41,179 nt of DNA, taken from sequence record DRR723986_1877. One strand, given 5' to 3'. The translations under genes and the position numbers were made by a program. The stretch's first letter is position 1, and every line of letters starts with the position of its first letter. The notes under the pieces were generated by a model. The model saw nothing but the letters and a program-made list of their open reading frames with translations, was not told the origin of the DNA and ran no database searches. Below are positions 9,937 to 21,601 of the stretch, piece after piece.

Positions 9937-10475
9937 CGTCCGATTTCAGCGCGCAGCTTGTCCATCAACGCTTGCAAAGACTTGGTGTATTGCGCGCTGG
10001 TGAGTTGCCCAGCTTCATCGAAGGCGGACCCACTGCCCGCCAAATGAATTTCGGGGCCCTGCAAGATACGCGGCTGAAAAGGTACCATGAATCCGCGCAA
10101 CACCATTTGCGCGCGCTCGCCACCGGCACGGCCCGCGGCGGCAGACATGACTGCCACAGGTTTGTTTTTCCACGGCGACCCACTTGTGCGGCTCACCCAG
10201 TCCAATGCGTTCTTGAGCACGCCAGAGGGCCCCTTGTTGTATTCAGGGGTCGAAATCAAAACCGCATCAGCCGCTTCGATCTGATCTGCTAATGACTGCA
10301 CCGAAGCCGGAATGCCATCTGCATCTTCAGCGTCACCATCATACAGAGGAAGGTTCAGATCCGCCTCTGCATAGGCACAAGGGCCAAACAGACGGGCCGC
10401 TTCACGCAGCAGTTTCCGGTTGGTTGCATCTTTTCGCAATGACCCAGACAGGCCCAACACTACAGGTTCAGACAT
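9933..10475 (-). CDS. NADPH-dependent FMN reductase (ChrR/SsuE-like flavodoxin fold)
   Basis: SGSLR, TPEYN...LKNALDWVSR and KPVAVMS motifs. Confidence 0.92.
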   Translation of the reverse strand: MSEPVVLGLSGSLRKDATNRKLLREAARLFGPCAYAEADLNLPLYDGDAEDADGIPASVQSLADQIEAADAVLISTPEYNKGPSGVLKNALDWVSRTSGSPWKNKPVAVMSAAAGRAGGERAQMVLRGFMVPFQPRILQGPEIHLAGSGSAFDEAGQLTSAQYTKSLQALMDKLRAEIGR

Positions 10476-10532
10476 GAACTTTCCTTATGTAATAATGGCA
10501 ATTCAACGAGACGATACCGAAGCACCCGATCT

Positions 10533-11201
10533 TTAGGTGTTTTTCGGGATCACGACGATTTCTACACGCCGGTTCGCGGCCTTGCCCGCCTCGTTCAGGT
10601 TAGACGCGATTGGATCGTTTTCGCCCTGCCCTAGCGTGGTGATGCGATTGAAGGTGACGCCGCCCGCCTGAATGATATCAGCCACAGCACCCGCGCGCCG
10701 TTCGGACAGACCCTGATTGTACGCCGCATCCCCATCACTATCTGTGTGACCGATGATCTGAACATTGGATTCAGGATACCGCAGCAAGTTCTGCGCCACT
10801 TTTTCAAGATCAGACCGCAAAGCGGGACGTACGGTATAGCTGTCGGTATCAAACGTGATGTCATTCGGGACAGAAACGATCAACTTGTCACCCGTGTTCG
10901 TGACTGTGATACCGTCATTCGCCAACTGTTGTCGCAACTCTGCTGCTTGCTGGTCTAGATTGTTCCCGATGAGTGCACCTGCACCGGCGCCAACAGCGCC
11001 ACCGACAACAGCGCCAAGCGCCGGATTTGAGCTATTGGCCAAAGCCCCAACACCCGCACCAAGAAGCCCACCAAAAATCGCACCCTGCTTGGTATTCTGT
11101 TTCGGATCCGTCTGCGCACCCAAAGTGGCCGGATCAGTACAAGCGCTCAGCGCAACAGTGGCGCTTAACACAGCCACCAGCGAAATTTTTGAGATCGTCA
11201 T
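10533..11201 (-). CDS. OmpA-family lipoprotein with glycine zipper (YiaD-like)
   Basis: Lipobox ALSAC, Gly-zipper, GHTDSDG...NQGLSERRA and NRRVEI. Confidence 0.92.
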   Translation of the reverse strand: MTISKISLVAVLSATVALSACTDPATLGAQTDPKQNTKQGAIFGGLLGAGVGALANSSNPALGAVVGGAVGAGAGALIGNNLDQQAAELRQQLANDGITVTNTGDKLIVSVPNDITFDTDSYTVRPALRSDLEKVAQNLLRYPESNVQIIGHTDSDGDAAYNQGLSERRAGAVADIIQAGGVTFNRITTLGQGENDPIASNLNEAGKAANRRVEIVVIPKNT

Positions 11202-11359
11202 GGGATCACCTTCTGCTCATTGGGCCCGGTTCGTTCCGAGGCCCTTTGGCCTAGTATATCCTTTGATCTCGACTGACGCTCAAGTCTGTGTCCCAAAAAC
11301 TCGGCGGAACCTTGCGCAAATTGACAACCAACACCGGTGTTTCCCCCGCTCAATCGGAT

Positions 11360-12211
11360 TTACGCTTCGGCACGGGCCGCCTCGAACGCAAGCATTGCCC
11401 GCTTGACCGGCAGCCCCCAGTGATAACCACCAAGCCCCCCGGATTTCCTAAGCGCCCGATGACAGGGTATCATCCAACTGATTGGATTGCGCCCAACAGC
11501 TGTCCCAACAGCGCGCACTGCGCGTGGGTTTCCGATTGCGTCGGCAATCTCAGAATACGTCGTTACCTGCCCGTCGGGTATCCGCAACAGCGCCTCCCAA
11601 ACTTTGATCTGCATGGGTGCCCCGATCAGAAACAACGGCGTGGGTTCCAGTTTGTCATTTGCTGCCCCAAACGCACTTAGCACCCAAGGGCGCAAACGCA
11701 TCGGATCCTCGACGAAATCGGCTTTGGGCCAACGTGTGACCAAATCTTCCATGGCCGCTTCCTCGCCGGTTTCGGCAGCAAACCCCATCCCGCAAATACC
11801 TTTGTCCGTCCCCATCACCAAAGCCGGACCAAAGGGGCTTTCAAACCACCCCCAATAGATCGTCAGCCCGTCCCCCTTGCGGGCAAAATCGCCGGGGCTC
11901 ATCGCTTCCCATCGCACGAAAAGATCATGCAGACGCCCCGTTCCAGACAAGCCAACATTGTGCGCCGTTTCCAAAGTTGTGAACCGTTCGTGCATAAGAG
12001 CCTTGGCATGGCCAAGCGTGAGATATTGCTGAAACCGTTTGGGAGAGACCCCAACCCAACGGGAAAACAGCCGCTGGAAATGGGCCGGACTCATGTTCAT
12101 CTGCGCGGACAATTGCTCCAACGACAGAGACTCGCCGCCTTGGTCGATCAATTCGATGGCCCGGCGCATAACCTCGTAGTGATACCCATTTTCGCGTGTT
12201 TCAATATTCAT
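11360..12211 (-). CDS. AraC-HTH plus methylated-DNA-protein-cysteine methyltransferase (Ada/Ogt-like)
   Basis: SPAHFQRLF...GVSPK HTH, AVRAVGTA, active-site PCHR, GGYHWG; CAGGAGG SD before the ATG at 12211. Confidence 0.92.
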   Translation of the reverse strand: MNIETRENGYHYEVMRRAIELIDQGGESLSLEQLSAQMNMSPAHFQRLFSRWVGVSPKRFQQYLTLGHAKALMHERFTTLETAHNVGLSGTGRLHDLFVRWEAMSPGDFARKGDGLTIYWGWFESPFGPALVMGTDKGICGMGFAAETGEEAAMEDLVTRWPKADFVEDPMRLRPWVLSAFGAANDKLEPTPLFLIGAPMQIKVWEALLRIPDGQVTTYSEIADAIGNPRAVRAVGTAVGRNPISWMIPCHRALRKSGGLGGYHWGLPVKRAMLAFEAARAEA

Positions 12212-12397
12212 GGCGTACCTCCTGTGTTGTCCCACCGTAACTTTGCCAAGCACCTCAAGCGACCCGAAACATGCGAAATGCAACAGGACCGCTCGCATAG
12301 CCTTGCGTTGCATAACTGGGACGTTTGAGGTGTCTTCAAGCGCCCCCCCTTGCCTCGCCTCTTTACCCGGCAGACATCCCACGGCATTACACTCTGC

Positions 12398-13042
12398 ATG
12401 GCCAAGCAACTAGATTATCACACAATCCGCGAGATATTTTCGCGTTTTCAGGCAGCCGAGCCCGAACCCAAAGGGGAATTGGAGCACGTCAATGTCTATA
12501 CTCTTGTCGTCGCTGTCGCTCTGTCAGCGCAGGCAACAGACGCGGGTGTAAACAAAGCAACCCGCGCATTATTCAAGATCGCAGATACCCCACAAAAGAT
12601 GCTGGATCTGGGCGAAGAAGGCGTGACCGAACACATCAAGACCATCGGTCTGTTCCGTCAAAAAGCCAAGAATGTCATTAAACTCAGCCGCATCTTGGTG
12701 GAAGAGTATGACGGCAAGGTTCCGAACTCTCGCGCGGCGCTGCAATCTTTGCCCGGAGTTGGCCGAAAAACAGCAAATGTGGTTTTAAACATGTGGTGGC
12801 ACCAACCCGCCCAAGCGGTCGACACGCACATCTTTCGCGTCGGCAACAGATCCGGTATTGCGCCGGGCAAAGATGTCGATGCGGTCGAACGGGCCGTCGA
12901 AGACAACATTCCTGCTGACTTTCAGCTCCATGCCCATCACTGGCTGATTTTACACGGCCGATATCATTGCAAAGCACGCAAGCCGCTGTGTGGCACCTGC
13001 CTCATTCGCGATTTGTGCATGTTCGAGGACAAGAACCTATGA
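12398..13042 (+). CDS. nth: Endonuclease III
   Basis: LSAQATD, HhH LPGVGRKTANVV, AVDTHIFRV, 4Fe-4S motif CKARKPLCGTCLIRDLC. Confidence 0.97.
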   Translation: MAKQLDYHTIREIFSRFQAAEPEPKGELEHVNVYTLVVAVALSAQATDAGVNKATRALFKIADTPQKMLDLGEEGVTEHIKTIGLFRQKAKNVIKLSRILVEEYDGKVPNSRAALQSLPGVGRKTANVVLNMWWHQPAQAVDTHIFRVGNRSGIAPGKDVDAVERAVEDNIPADFQLHAHHWLILHGRYHCKARKPLCGTCLIRDLCMFEDKNL

Positions 13043-14028
13043 AGACTTATCAACTCGTCGGGATCGGCAACGCCGTTGTGGACGTCATCAGCCAATCCGA
13101 CGATAGCTTTCTCGATCTGATGGGGATCGAAAAAGGCATCATGCAGCTGATCGAACGAGATCGAGGCGAAGTGTTGTATGCCGCAATGGAGGGTCGCGTT
13201 CAGACCCCCGGCGGATCTGTTGCAAACACCATCGCAGGTGCGGGCGCTTTGGGGCTGGAGGCTGCGTTTATCGGGCGTGTGCATGACGATGCCCTTGGAC
13301 ATTTCTATGCGGATGCGATGAACGAAGACGGGGTCGATTTTGTAAACCCACCCGTGGCGGGGGGCGAACTGCCCACATCGCGCTCAATGATCTTTGTCTC
13401 TCCCGACGGTGAGCGGTCAATGAACACCTATCTGGGGATTTCGTCCGAGCTAAGTTCGGCCGATGTTCCCAAAGAGGTTGCTGGCAAGTCGCAGATCATG
13501 TTCCTCGAAGGGTACCTGTTCGACAAAGACAAAGGAAAATCCGCATTCCTAGAGGCCGCACGTGATTGCCGCGAAGGCGGCGGGAAAACCGGCATCGCGA
13601 TTTCCGATCCATTTTGCGTCGAGCGCCACCGTGCGGATTTTCTGTCTTTGATCGAAAATGAGCTGGATTATGTGATCGGTAACGAAGCTGAAATTAAGTC
13701 CCTGTTTGAGACAGACGATCTGGAAGACGCATTGGCCAAAACGGCAGCCATCTGCCCACTGGTGGTCTGCACCCGATCCGGGGACGGGGTTTCGGTATTC
13801 CACGAAGGAAAACGCATCGACGTCGCCGTTGAAAAAATTGTTCCAGTGGATGCAACTGGCGCTGGTGATCAATTTGCCGCTGGTTTTCTGTTTGGTCTCG
13901 CAACAGGTCGCGATCTCGAAACCTGCGCCCGCATTGGCTGCGTATGCGCTCGCGAAGTCATCAGCCACATCGGTCCACGCCCCGAAGCGAATCTACAAGA
14001 CCTCCTGCGTTCCGAAAACCTGCTCTGA
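13039..14028 (+). CDS. PfkB-family carbohydrate/adenosine kinase
   Basis: GIGNAVVD, GGSVANT, DGERSMNTYLG, VDATGAGDQFAAGF; ATGA overlap with nth. Confidence 0.92.
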   Translation: MKTYQLVGIGNAVVDVISQSDDSFLDLMGIEKGIMQLIERDRGEVLYAAMEGRVQTPGGSVANTIAGAGALGLEAAFIGRVHDDALGHFYADAMNEDGVDFVNPPVAGGELPTSRSMIFVSPDGERSMNTYLGISSELSSADVPKEVAGKSQIMFLEGYLFDKDKGKSAFLEAARDCREGGGKTGIAISDPFCVERHRADFLSLIENELDYVIGNEAEIKSLFETDDLEDALAKTAAICPLVVCTRSGDGVSVFHEGKRIDVAVEKIVPVDATGAGDQFAAGFLFGLATGRDLETCARIGCVCAREVISHIGPRPEANLQDLLRSENLL

Positions 14029-14039
14029 TTGTACGAGCG

Positions 14040-14170
14040 CCCTCCCGCCCGTCGCCAACATGCCTAACGGCATATTGCATCCCGTTGGGCGTAGCGGCGC
14101 GTGGCTTTGCCACGCGCCGCTACGCGGCCCCGCCGTCCGCAGGACGCGAGACCGAAGGTCGCGCAACCCC
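14040..14170. repeat. GC-rich multi-hairpin intergenic element with a perfect 17-bp palindrome
   Basis: gcgtagcggcgcgtggc-ttt-gccacgcgccgctacgc (14089-14125) flanked by smaller stems (atgcc-taac-ggcat, cgtcc-gca-ggacg, gacc-gaa-ggtc). Confidence 0.7.
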
Positions 14171-14194
14171 TTAACAAACCAGTGCGAAAAAACG

Positions 14195-16841
<2,647 letters not shown>

Positions 16842-16844
16842 GTA

Positions 16845-16905
16845 ACAGGGGCACACTTTGCCCCTGTCATCCTGTGCGGTTCTCAAGCACGATCACCGCA
16901 CAGGA
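16845..16905. terminator. Two back-to-back hairpins between convergent fadH and the DUF4399-like gene
   Basis: acaggggca/tgcccctgt (16845-16867) and tcctgtgcggt/accgcacagga (16870-16905); no clean U-tail. Confidence 0.55.
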
Positions 16906-16909
16906 CACA

Positions 16910-17350
16910 CTATTTGACTTTGATCGTAATCACGTCAGACACAATTGGCTTGTCGTGTGGCACGTGACCGTAATCCCCCAACACCAACTGCAAGGTATGT
17001 GATCCAGGGCTCAGCTCGACGGTCACCTCGGTTTGACCGCCCCCAAAATGCCGATGATTGTCATCCGAAGGAATTCCGTTGGACAACTCGTCCACCCCAT
17101 CTTCGCCTTGGCCCAATGCAGGGCGGTCAATGAAAAGGTGATGATGGCCGGTATTTTCTTTCTCCGTTCCCGCAGGGGCGACGCCCATGCCACGCAGTCC
17201 AAACACCACAGTTAGCGGGGATTGAACCGTATCCCCATCGGCCAGATTAACAAAATACACCTGCGCATCAGGGTTCGAAGGTGTTTCCCCGCCCGCCCAA
17301 ACAGGGGTGGTTAAAACAACGGCGGCAACGGCAGCAACAAAGGTTTTCAT
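16910..17350 (-). CDS. Secreted DUF4399-type protein
   Basis: Signal peptide, VYFVN, GVAPAG, TGHHHLFID, HFGGGQTE, PGSHTLQLVLGD. Confidence 0.85.
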   Translation of the reverse strand: MKTFVAAVAAVVLTTPVWAGGETPSNPDAQVYFVNLADGDTVQSPLTVVFGLRGMGVAPAGTEKENTGHHHLFIDRPALGQGEDGVDELSNGIPSDDNHRHFGGGQTEVTVELSPGSHTLQLVLGDYGHVPHDKPIVSDVITIKVK

Positions 17351-17485
17351 CAGCTTTCCTCAGAATAATTACGCAACACACTCAGTGTAAGCCACCAGCT
17401 TGGATTGTCTCGGTTCAACAGAAACATCTGGCGCAAACGTGAGATGATGTCAGAATAACCGTACCTCAGAATCGCGCATTTACCC

Positions 17486-17515
17486 CTTGGAAACGATTGT
17501 TTCCCCGTTTCCAAG
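17486..17515. promoter_or_regulatory. Inverted repeat, probable LysR operator
   Basis: cttggaaacg-N10-cgtttccaag with nested ggaaac-gatt-gtttcc, in the divergent region upstream of the LysR gene. Confidence 0.55.
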
Positions 17516-17627
17516 ATGCAGACGATCCCACACAAAACCCTGATATTATCCCATCACCGCCCCGTTTCCGCCCAGATTGGACGCGATACCTGATCCTCGA
17601 CGCAGAGGATAACCCGAGGACACGCGA

Positions 17628-18533
17628 ATGGATCGACTCACTGAAATGGAAGCTTTTGCCAACGTGGTTGACCAAGGTGGATTCACGGATGCCGCAAAAA
17701 AAATGGGCATTTCGAAATCAGCCGTGTCCAAACACGTTTCCAGCCTAGAGGCGCGATTGGGTGCCCGATTGCTAAACCGGACAACACGCCGGGTGTCGCC
17801 CACAGAGATTGGTCTGGCCTATTATGATCGCGCCCGTCGCGTTCTGAATGACGCAGGCGAGGCAGATGCCCTTGTCACGTCGATGCAATCTGCCCCCTCT
17901 GGATTGCTGCGGATCAGCGTGGCAACTGATTTTGGCGTCAATCACCTGTCCCCTGTTCTGTCCGAATTCCTGTCCGATTTCCCTGACATCACTGTCAATA
18001 TGGTCCTAAACAACCGCTATGTTGAACTGATCTCCGAAGGGTTCGACATGGCTGTCCGCATTGGTGAGCTGGAAGACAGCACCCTGCGCGCTCGCAAATT
18101 GACCGAAACGACAAAACGCATGATTGCGTCGCCGGCTTACTTTGAGAAGTACGGGCACCCGCAGAAAATCGACGACCTGAACGAACACAAACTGCTGCAT
18201 TATTCCAGCCAATCCAGCGGCAATGTCTGGCGCCTGACCGCCCCATCGGGTGAGAAACGTCAAGTGCGCACCGCTGGCTGGCTCAGCGTCAATGACGGGC
18301 AATCACTCTTGAACGCCGCCATTTCTGGCCTTGGGATCGCCTATTTGCCAAGCTATCTCTATGCTGATGCGATGGAGCAGGGGTTGGTCATGGATGCGAT
18401 GCCGTCTTTGCCGGACGAAACCCAAGGCATCTATGCGGTTTATCCGCCGGGCCGGTTCACACAGCCCAAGGTCCGCGCCTTTATCGATTTTCTGGTTCAC
18501 TCCTTTGCCGACAAAGGCCCTATGGAGTGGTAA
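17628..18533 (+). CDS. LysR-family regulator (CrgA/DmlR-like)
   Basis: HTH GGFTDAAKKMGISKSAVSK, LLNRTTRRVSPT, EGFDMAVRIG, KVRAFIDFL; GAGGA SD. Confidence 0.96.
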   Translation: MDRLTEMEAFANVVDQGGFTDAAKKMGISKSAVSKHVSSLEARLGARLLNRTTRRVSPTEIGLAYYDRARRVLNDAGEADALVTSMQSAPSGLLRISVATDFGVNHLSPVLSEFLSDFPDITVNMVLNNRYVELISEGFDMAVRIGELEDSTLRARKLTETTKRMIASPAYFEKYGHPQKIDDLNEHKLLHYSSQSSGNVWRLTAPSGEKRQVRTAGWLSVNDGQSLLNAAISGLGIAYLPSYLYADAMEQGLVMDAMPSLPDETQGIYAVYPPGRFTQPKVRAFIDFLVHSFADKGPMEW

Positions 18534-18575
18534 CCGCCACCTTTCATCTTGTTGCTTCCCTAAGCAACACAAACT

Positions 18576-18604
18576 GCCCTGCACATCGCGTGCGGGGCTT
18601 TTTT
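18576..18604 (+). terminator. Intrinsic terminator after the LysR gene
   Basis: gccctgcac-atcgc-gtgcggggc followed by T6. Confidence 0.8.
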
Positions 18605-18612
18605 CTGTGGGA

Positions 18613-19518
18613 TTAGCGGGACAGGGTTACAACCTCTACTCGCCGGTTGATATCGCGCCCTTCGGCAGTGTCATTCGTTTTGATCGGCGCAAGGTATCCC
18701 ATACCTTCGGCCTGAATTCTGTCCGACGCGATGCCGTAACGCCCGACTAGCAAGTCCCGCACGACCTGTGCCCGCGCTTGGCCCAGTTTGATATTTGCCT
18801 CTAGGGCACCGATGTTGTCGGTGTGGCCAACCAGCACGATCCTCAGGTCAGGATCCGCCTCAAGAATATCCACCAACGTTTGCAGAACCGGGGCTTCTTC
18901 CTCCTGCAACGTGTTCGCGCCCTCTTTAAATGCGAGCCCTTCAAGGATCACGTGCCCGTCTTGTTTCAACAGATCTGAAAACGATTGCGCGCCAGGTGTT
19001 GGAACCTCTGCTTGGGTCACAATCGGGGCGATTTCTTGCGTTCCGGGCGAGACACGGATGATCTGAATATAGGCATCCGGCGATTGGCGGCTGACCAACA
19101 AGCTCAACGCGTGGTCCCCTTTGGTCGCAGATAAGAACCGATAGTCCCGGACTGCTACGTACATATCAGGGGCTGGAATCACCTCGGTTCCAAAGCGAAA
19201 ATCAAACCCGCCACAGGTACGCGCGGCGCAATCCAACAGAATGTCATATCCGACCTCCTGCAATTGAGTGCGTAGGGGGGCCAGAACCTGCAATGTAGTG
19301 CCCGCCCCGACGGCAACACGCCAAGACCGCTTTTCAATGCGCCCTTCTAGGGTGCGCACCGGAAGAACATCATTGGCAAAAGGCCCCGTTGGCAAATCAT
19401 AGGAGGCCAACGGATTGACCCGATCTGTGAGTTGTTTAGCCCCAACCGGCAGCTGCAACTCCTGCGCCTCGGCAGGCATCGCCATTACCAAGGCGCAAGA
19501 GAGCAGGAACCGCATCAT
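18613..19518 (-). CDS. Exported OmpA-C-terminal-domain (peptidoglycan-binding) protein with an uncharacterised N-terminal domain
   Basis: Signal peptide, CAARTCGGFDFRF segment, VGHTDNIG...ARA and NRRVEV. Confidence 0.88.
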   Translation of the reverse strand: MMRFLLSCALVMAMPAEAQELQLPVGAKQLTDRVNPLASYDLPTGPFANDVLPVRTLEGRIEKRSWRVAVGAGTTLQVLAPLRTQLQEVGYDILLDCAARTCGGFDFRFGTEVIPAPDMYVAVRDYRFLSATKGDHALSLLVSRQSPDAYIQIIRVSPGTQEIAPIVTQAEVPTPGAQSFSDLLKQDGHVILEGLAFKEGANTLQEEEAPVLQTLVDILEADPDLRIVLVGHTDNIGALEANIKLGQARAQVVRDLLVGRYGIASDRIQAEGMGYLAPIKTNDTAEGRDINRRVEVVTLSR

Positions 19519-20087
19519 CTGTACTGGGAATGATATTCAGCGTTGGGCACCATTGCAGTTGCACTCGCGACCCGGTTGGACATGTTATAAAAACCCGCGA
19601 CGTTGGCGATATCCCAAATATCCCGGTCCGAGAATCCAACGTCACGCAATGCCTGACGGTGCTCTTCTTCGATCGTTGCGCTTTCGGTGGTCATTTTGGC
19701 GGCGAAATCCAACATCGCGCGCTGGCGGTCATCCAACGGGGCAACGCGGTAATTCATCACCAGCATTTCACCCAAAACTGGATCACCCGACAAACCGCGC
19801 ACCGCAGCACCATGTGCGACAAGACAATAGAAGCACTTGTTGATTGCAGAAACAACCACAGCGATCATCTCACGCTCGAGCTTGCTCAGTCCACTGGGGG
19901 CCAACATCAGATCGTTATACATCGCGGTAAAGGCATTCAACTTGTCGATGTCAAAGGCGTTGGCCTGCAACACGTTTGGCACCATGCCCAGCTTTTCAAC
20001 ACAAATATCAAAATACTTCTGTGTCTCTGGCGGAAGCGGATCCACCATTGGCAGGTCTAATGCGGTAGGTTCTTTAATCTCAGTCAC
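19515..20087 (-). CDS. Peroxidase-related AhpD/CMD-family protein
   Basis: LGMVPNV, LSKLEREMIAVVVS, CFYCLVAHG (CxxC...H), FYNMSNR. Confidence 0.9.
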   Translation of the reverse strand: MTEIKEPTALDLPMVDPLPPETQKYFDICVEKLGMVPNVLQANAFDIDKLNAFTAMYNDLMLAPSGLSKLEREMIAVVVSAINKCFYCLVAHGAAVRGLSGDPVLGEMLVMNYRVAPLDDRQRAMLDFAAKMTTESATIEEEHRQALRDVGFSDRDIWDIANVAGFYNMSNRVASATAMVPNAEYHSQYR

Positions 20088-20102
20088 GTTTGTCTCTCTC
20101 CC

Positions 20103-20810
20103 CTAGACAAGGCAGCGGTAATGATACTCGGACACCGGGTCCATCCCCAGCGACCGATACAGCGCATTTGCGCCGTCATTTGCCTTTGTACACATCACGC
20201 TAAGGGTCTCTGCCCCATTGTCCAGCGCCCAAAAAGCCGCGCCCCGCATCATCCACTTTGCCAATCCCTGCTTGCGTTGAAACGGCACAATCTCAAGTGC
20301 ATGAACCATCGCAACACCGTCATGAACACCAACAAAACCCGCGCCCCCCGGTTTGTCGTTAAAGCGGGACAACAATCCCGTTTTAGGGCCTTCAACCCGC
20401 GCCATGATATCAAGACGTTCAGGTCCAATGCCACCGGCTGCCCAAATCTCGCGCATGATCGAAAGCGGCTCCCAGATGGTGAACACAGTCACACGCGGGA
20501 TCGCCAAATCCGTCAATTTCACAGCGGGGCAGGCATAAATCGTAACTGCATCCACAACACTGTACCCGCGCGTTTCTAGCTGGGCATCCAATGCCTCGTC
20601 ACCCGGGCGGATCATGAACAAACGCTTTTGCCCCATATCCAACATCGCCTGTTCAGCCGCGTCGATGTCAACTGCGTTGCCATCCACCATAGTGGCCGCC
20701 GAAACCCGACTTCCCCCACCTTGTCCCTCGCGCAGGGTAAAGCCACCAACCGTTTGCTGGTCGGCCGCAGGCCATGTCTGATCAATCACATCGAACCAAT
20801 GCGCGCTCAT
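20103..20810 (-). CDS. GNAT-family N-acetyltransferase
   Basis: Acetyl-CoA-binding QRKQGLA and N-terminal GGGSRVSAA; NALYRSLGM; start overlaps the upstream stop. Confidence 0.85.
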   Translation of the reverse strand: MSAHWFDVIDQTWPAADQQTVGGFTLREGQGGGSRVSAATMVDGNAVDIDAAEQAMLDMGQKRLFMIRPGDEALDAQLETRGYSVVDAVTIYACPAVKLTDLAIPRVTVFTIWEPLSIMREIWAAGGIGPERLDIMARVEGPKTGLLSRFNDKPGGAGFVGVHDGVAMVHALEIVPFQRKQGLAKWMMRGAAFWALDNGAETLSVMCTKANDGANALYRSLGMDPVSEYHYRCLV

Positions 20811-21529
20811 ACCTCTAAATCCTTTGCCAACTGGGTCACTGCGGCATCGACCCGCGCGCCATTTGTCCCACGCACAACCACATTTGCCCCATAGGCCCCA
20901 TTCACCTGAAACGGGTAACACCCGATCGACAGGCCCTCAAAAGTCTGCGCTGCTTCGGTCAGGATTTTGGCGATGTCCCCCTCACCGCGATTGACACGCA
21001 GGGTCTGTGACAGCAACGGCGCCCCCCCGGTCAAGGTTGGCAGCACGCTCGCCACCATAGCCTGAAAGATATTTGGCACCCCGGCCATGACATGGACGTT
21101 TTCAATCGTAAAGCCCGGCGCGGTCGATACAGGATTGTCGATCAAAGTGGCGCCATCCGGGATGCGGGCCATACGCAAACGCGCCTCGTTCAACTCCAAC
21201 CCGGTTTTGTCATAATGCGCCTGCAACAATGCCCGCGCATCCGCCCGGATATCAATGTGCACCCCAAAAGCGCGCGCAATGCAATCTGCGGTGATGTCGT
21301 CATGAGTCGGGCCAATGCCTCCACTGGTAAAGACCTGATCATGCGCCTTAGCCAATGCCTGAACCGAACTTACGATTGCATCGGGATCGTCACTGACCAC
21401 TCGGACTTCTTTCAGATCAATCCCATGTTTGGTCAATTCACCCGCCAAAAAGTACATATTGGCATCGCGAGTGCGCCCTGACAGGATCTCGTCCCCGATC
21501 ACAAGCATCGCAGCAGTTGGATTCGACAT
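20807..21529 (-). CDS. CinA-like molybdopterin-binding-domain protein (N-terminal CinA/MocF domain only)
   Basis: IGDEILSGRTRDAN, TSGGIGPTHDDIT, APGF, MAGVP; AAAGGAG SD. Confidence 0.9.
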   Translation of the reverse strand: MSNPTAAMLVIGDEILSGRTRDANMYFLAGELTKHGIDLKEVRVVSDDPDAIVSSVQALAKAHDQVFTSGGIGPTHDDITADCIARAFGVHIDIRADARALLQAHYDKTGLELNEARLRMARIPDGATLIDNPVSTAPGFTIENVHVMAGVPNIFQAMVASVLPTLTGGAPLLSQTLRVNRGEGDIAKILTEAAQTFEGLSIGCYPFQVNGAYGANVVVRGTNGARVDAAVTQLAKDLEV

Positions 21530-21601
21530 GTCCTGTCTCCTTTGTGGCAGCAGAGCGTGCAAGATATCCGTCCCCGTCGGCCCTGCAAGCCCAGATCGGG
21601 G

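Noticed and set aside
12212..12409. Cys-containing N-terminal extension of the Ada-like ORF as a Zn domain
   Set aside because: Cys spacing does not match the Ada motif, it overlaps the nth start, and a strong SD precedes the ATG at 12211
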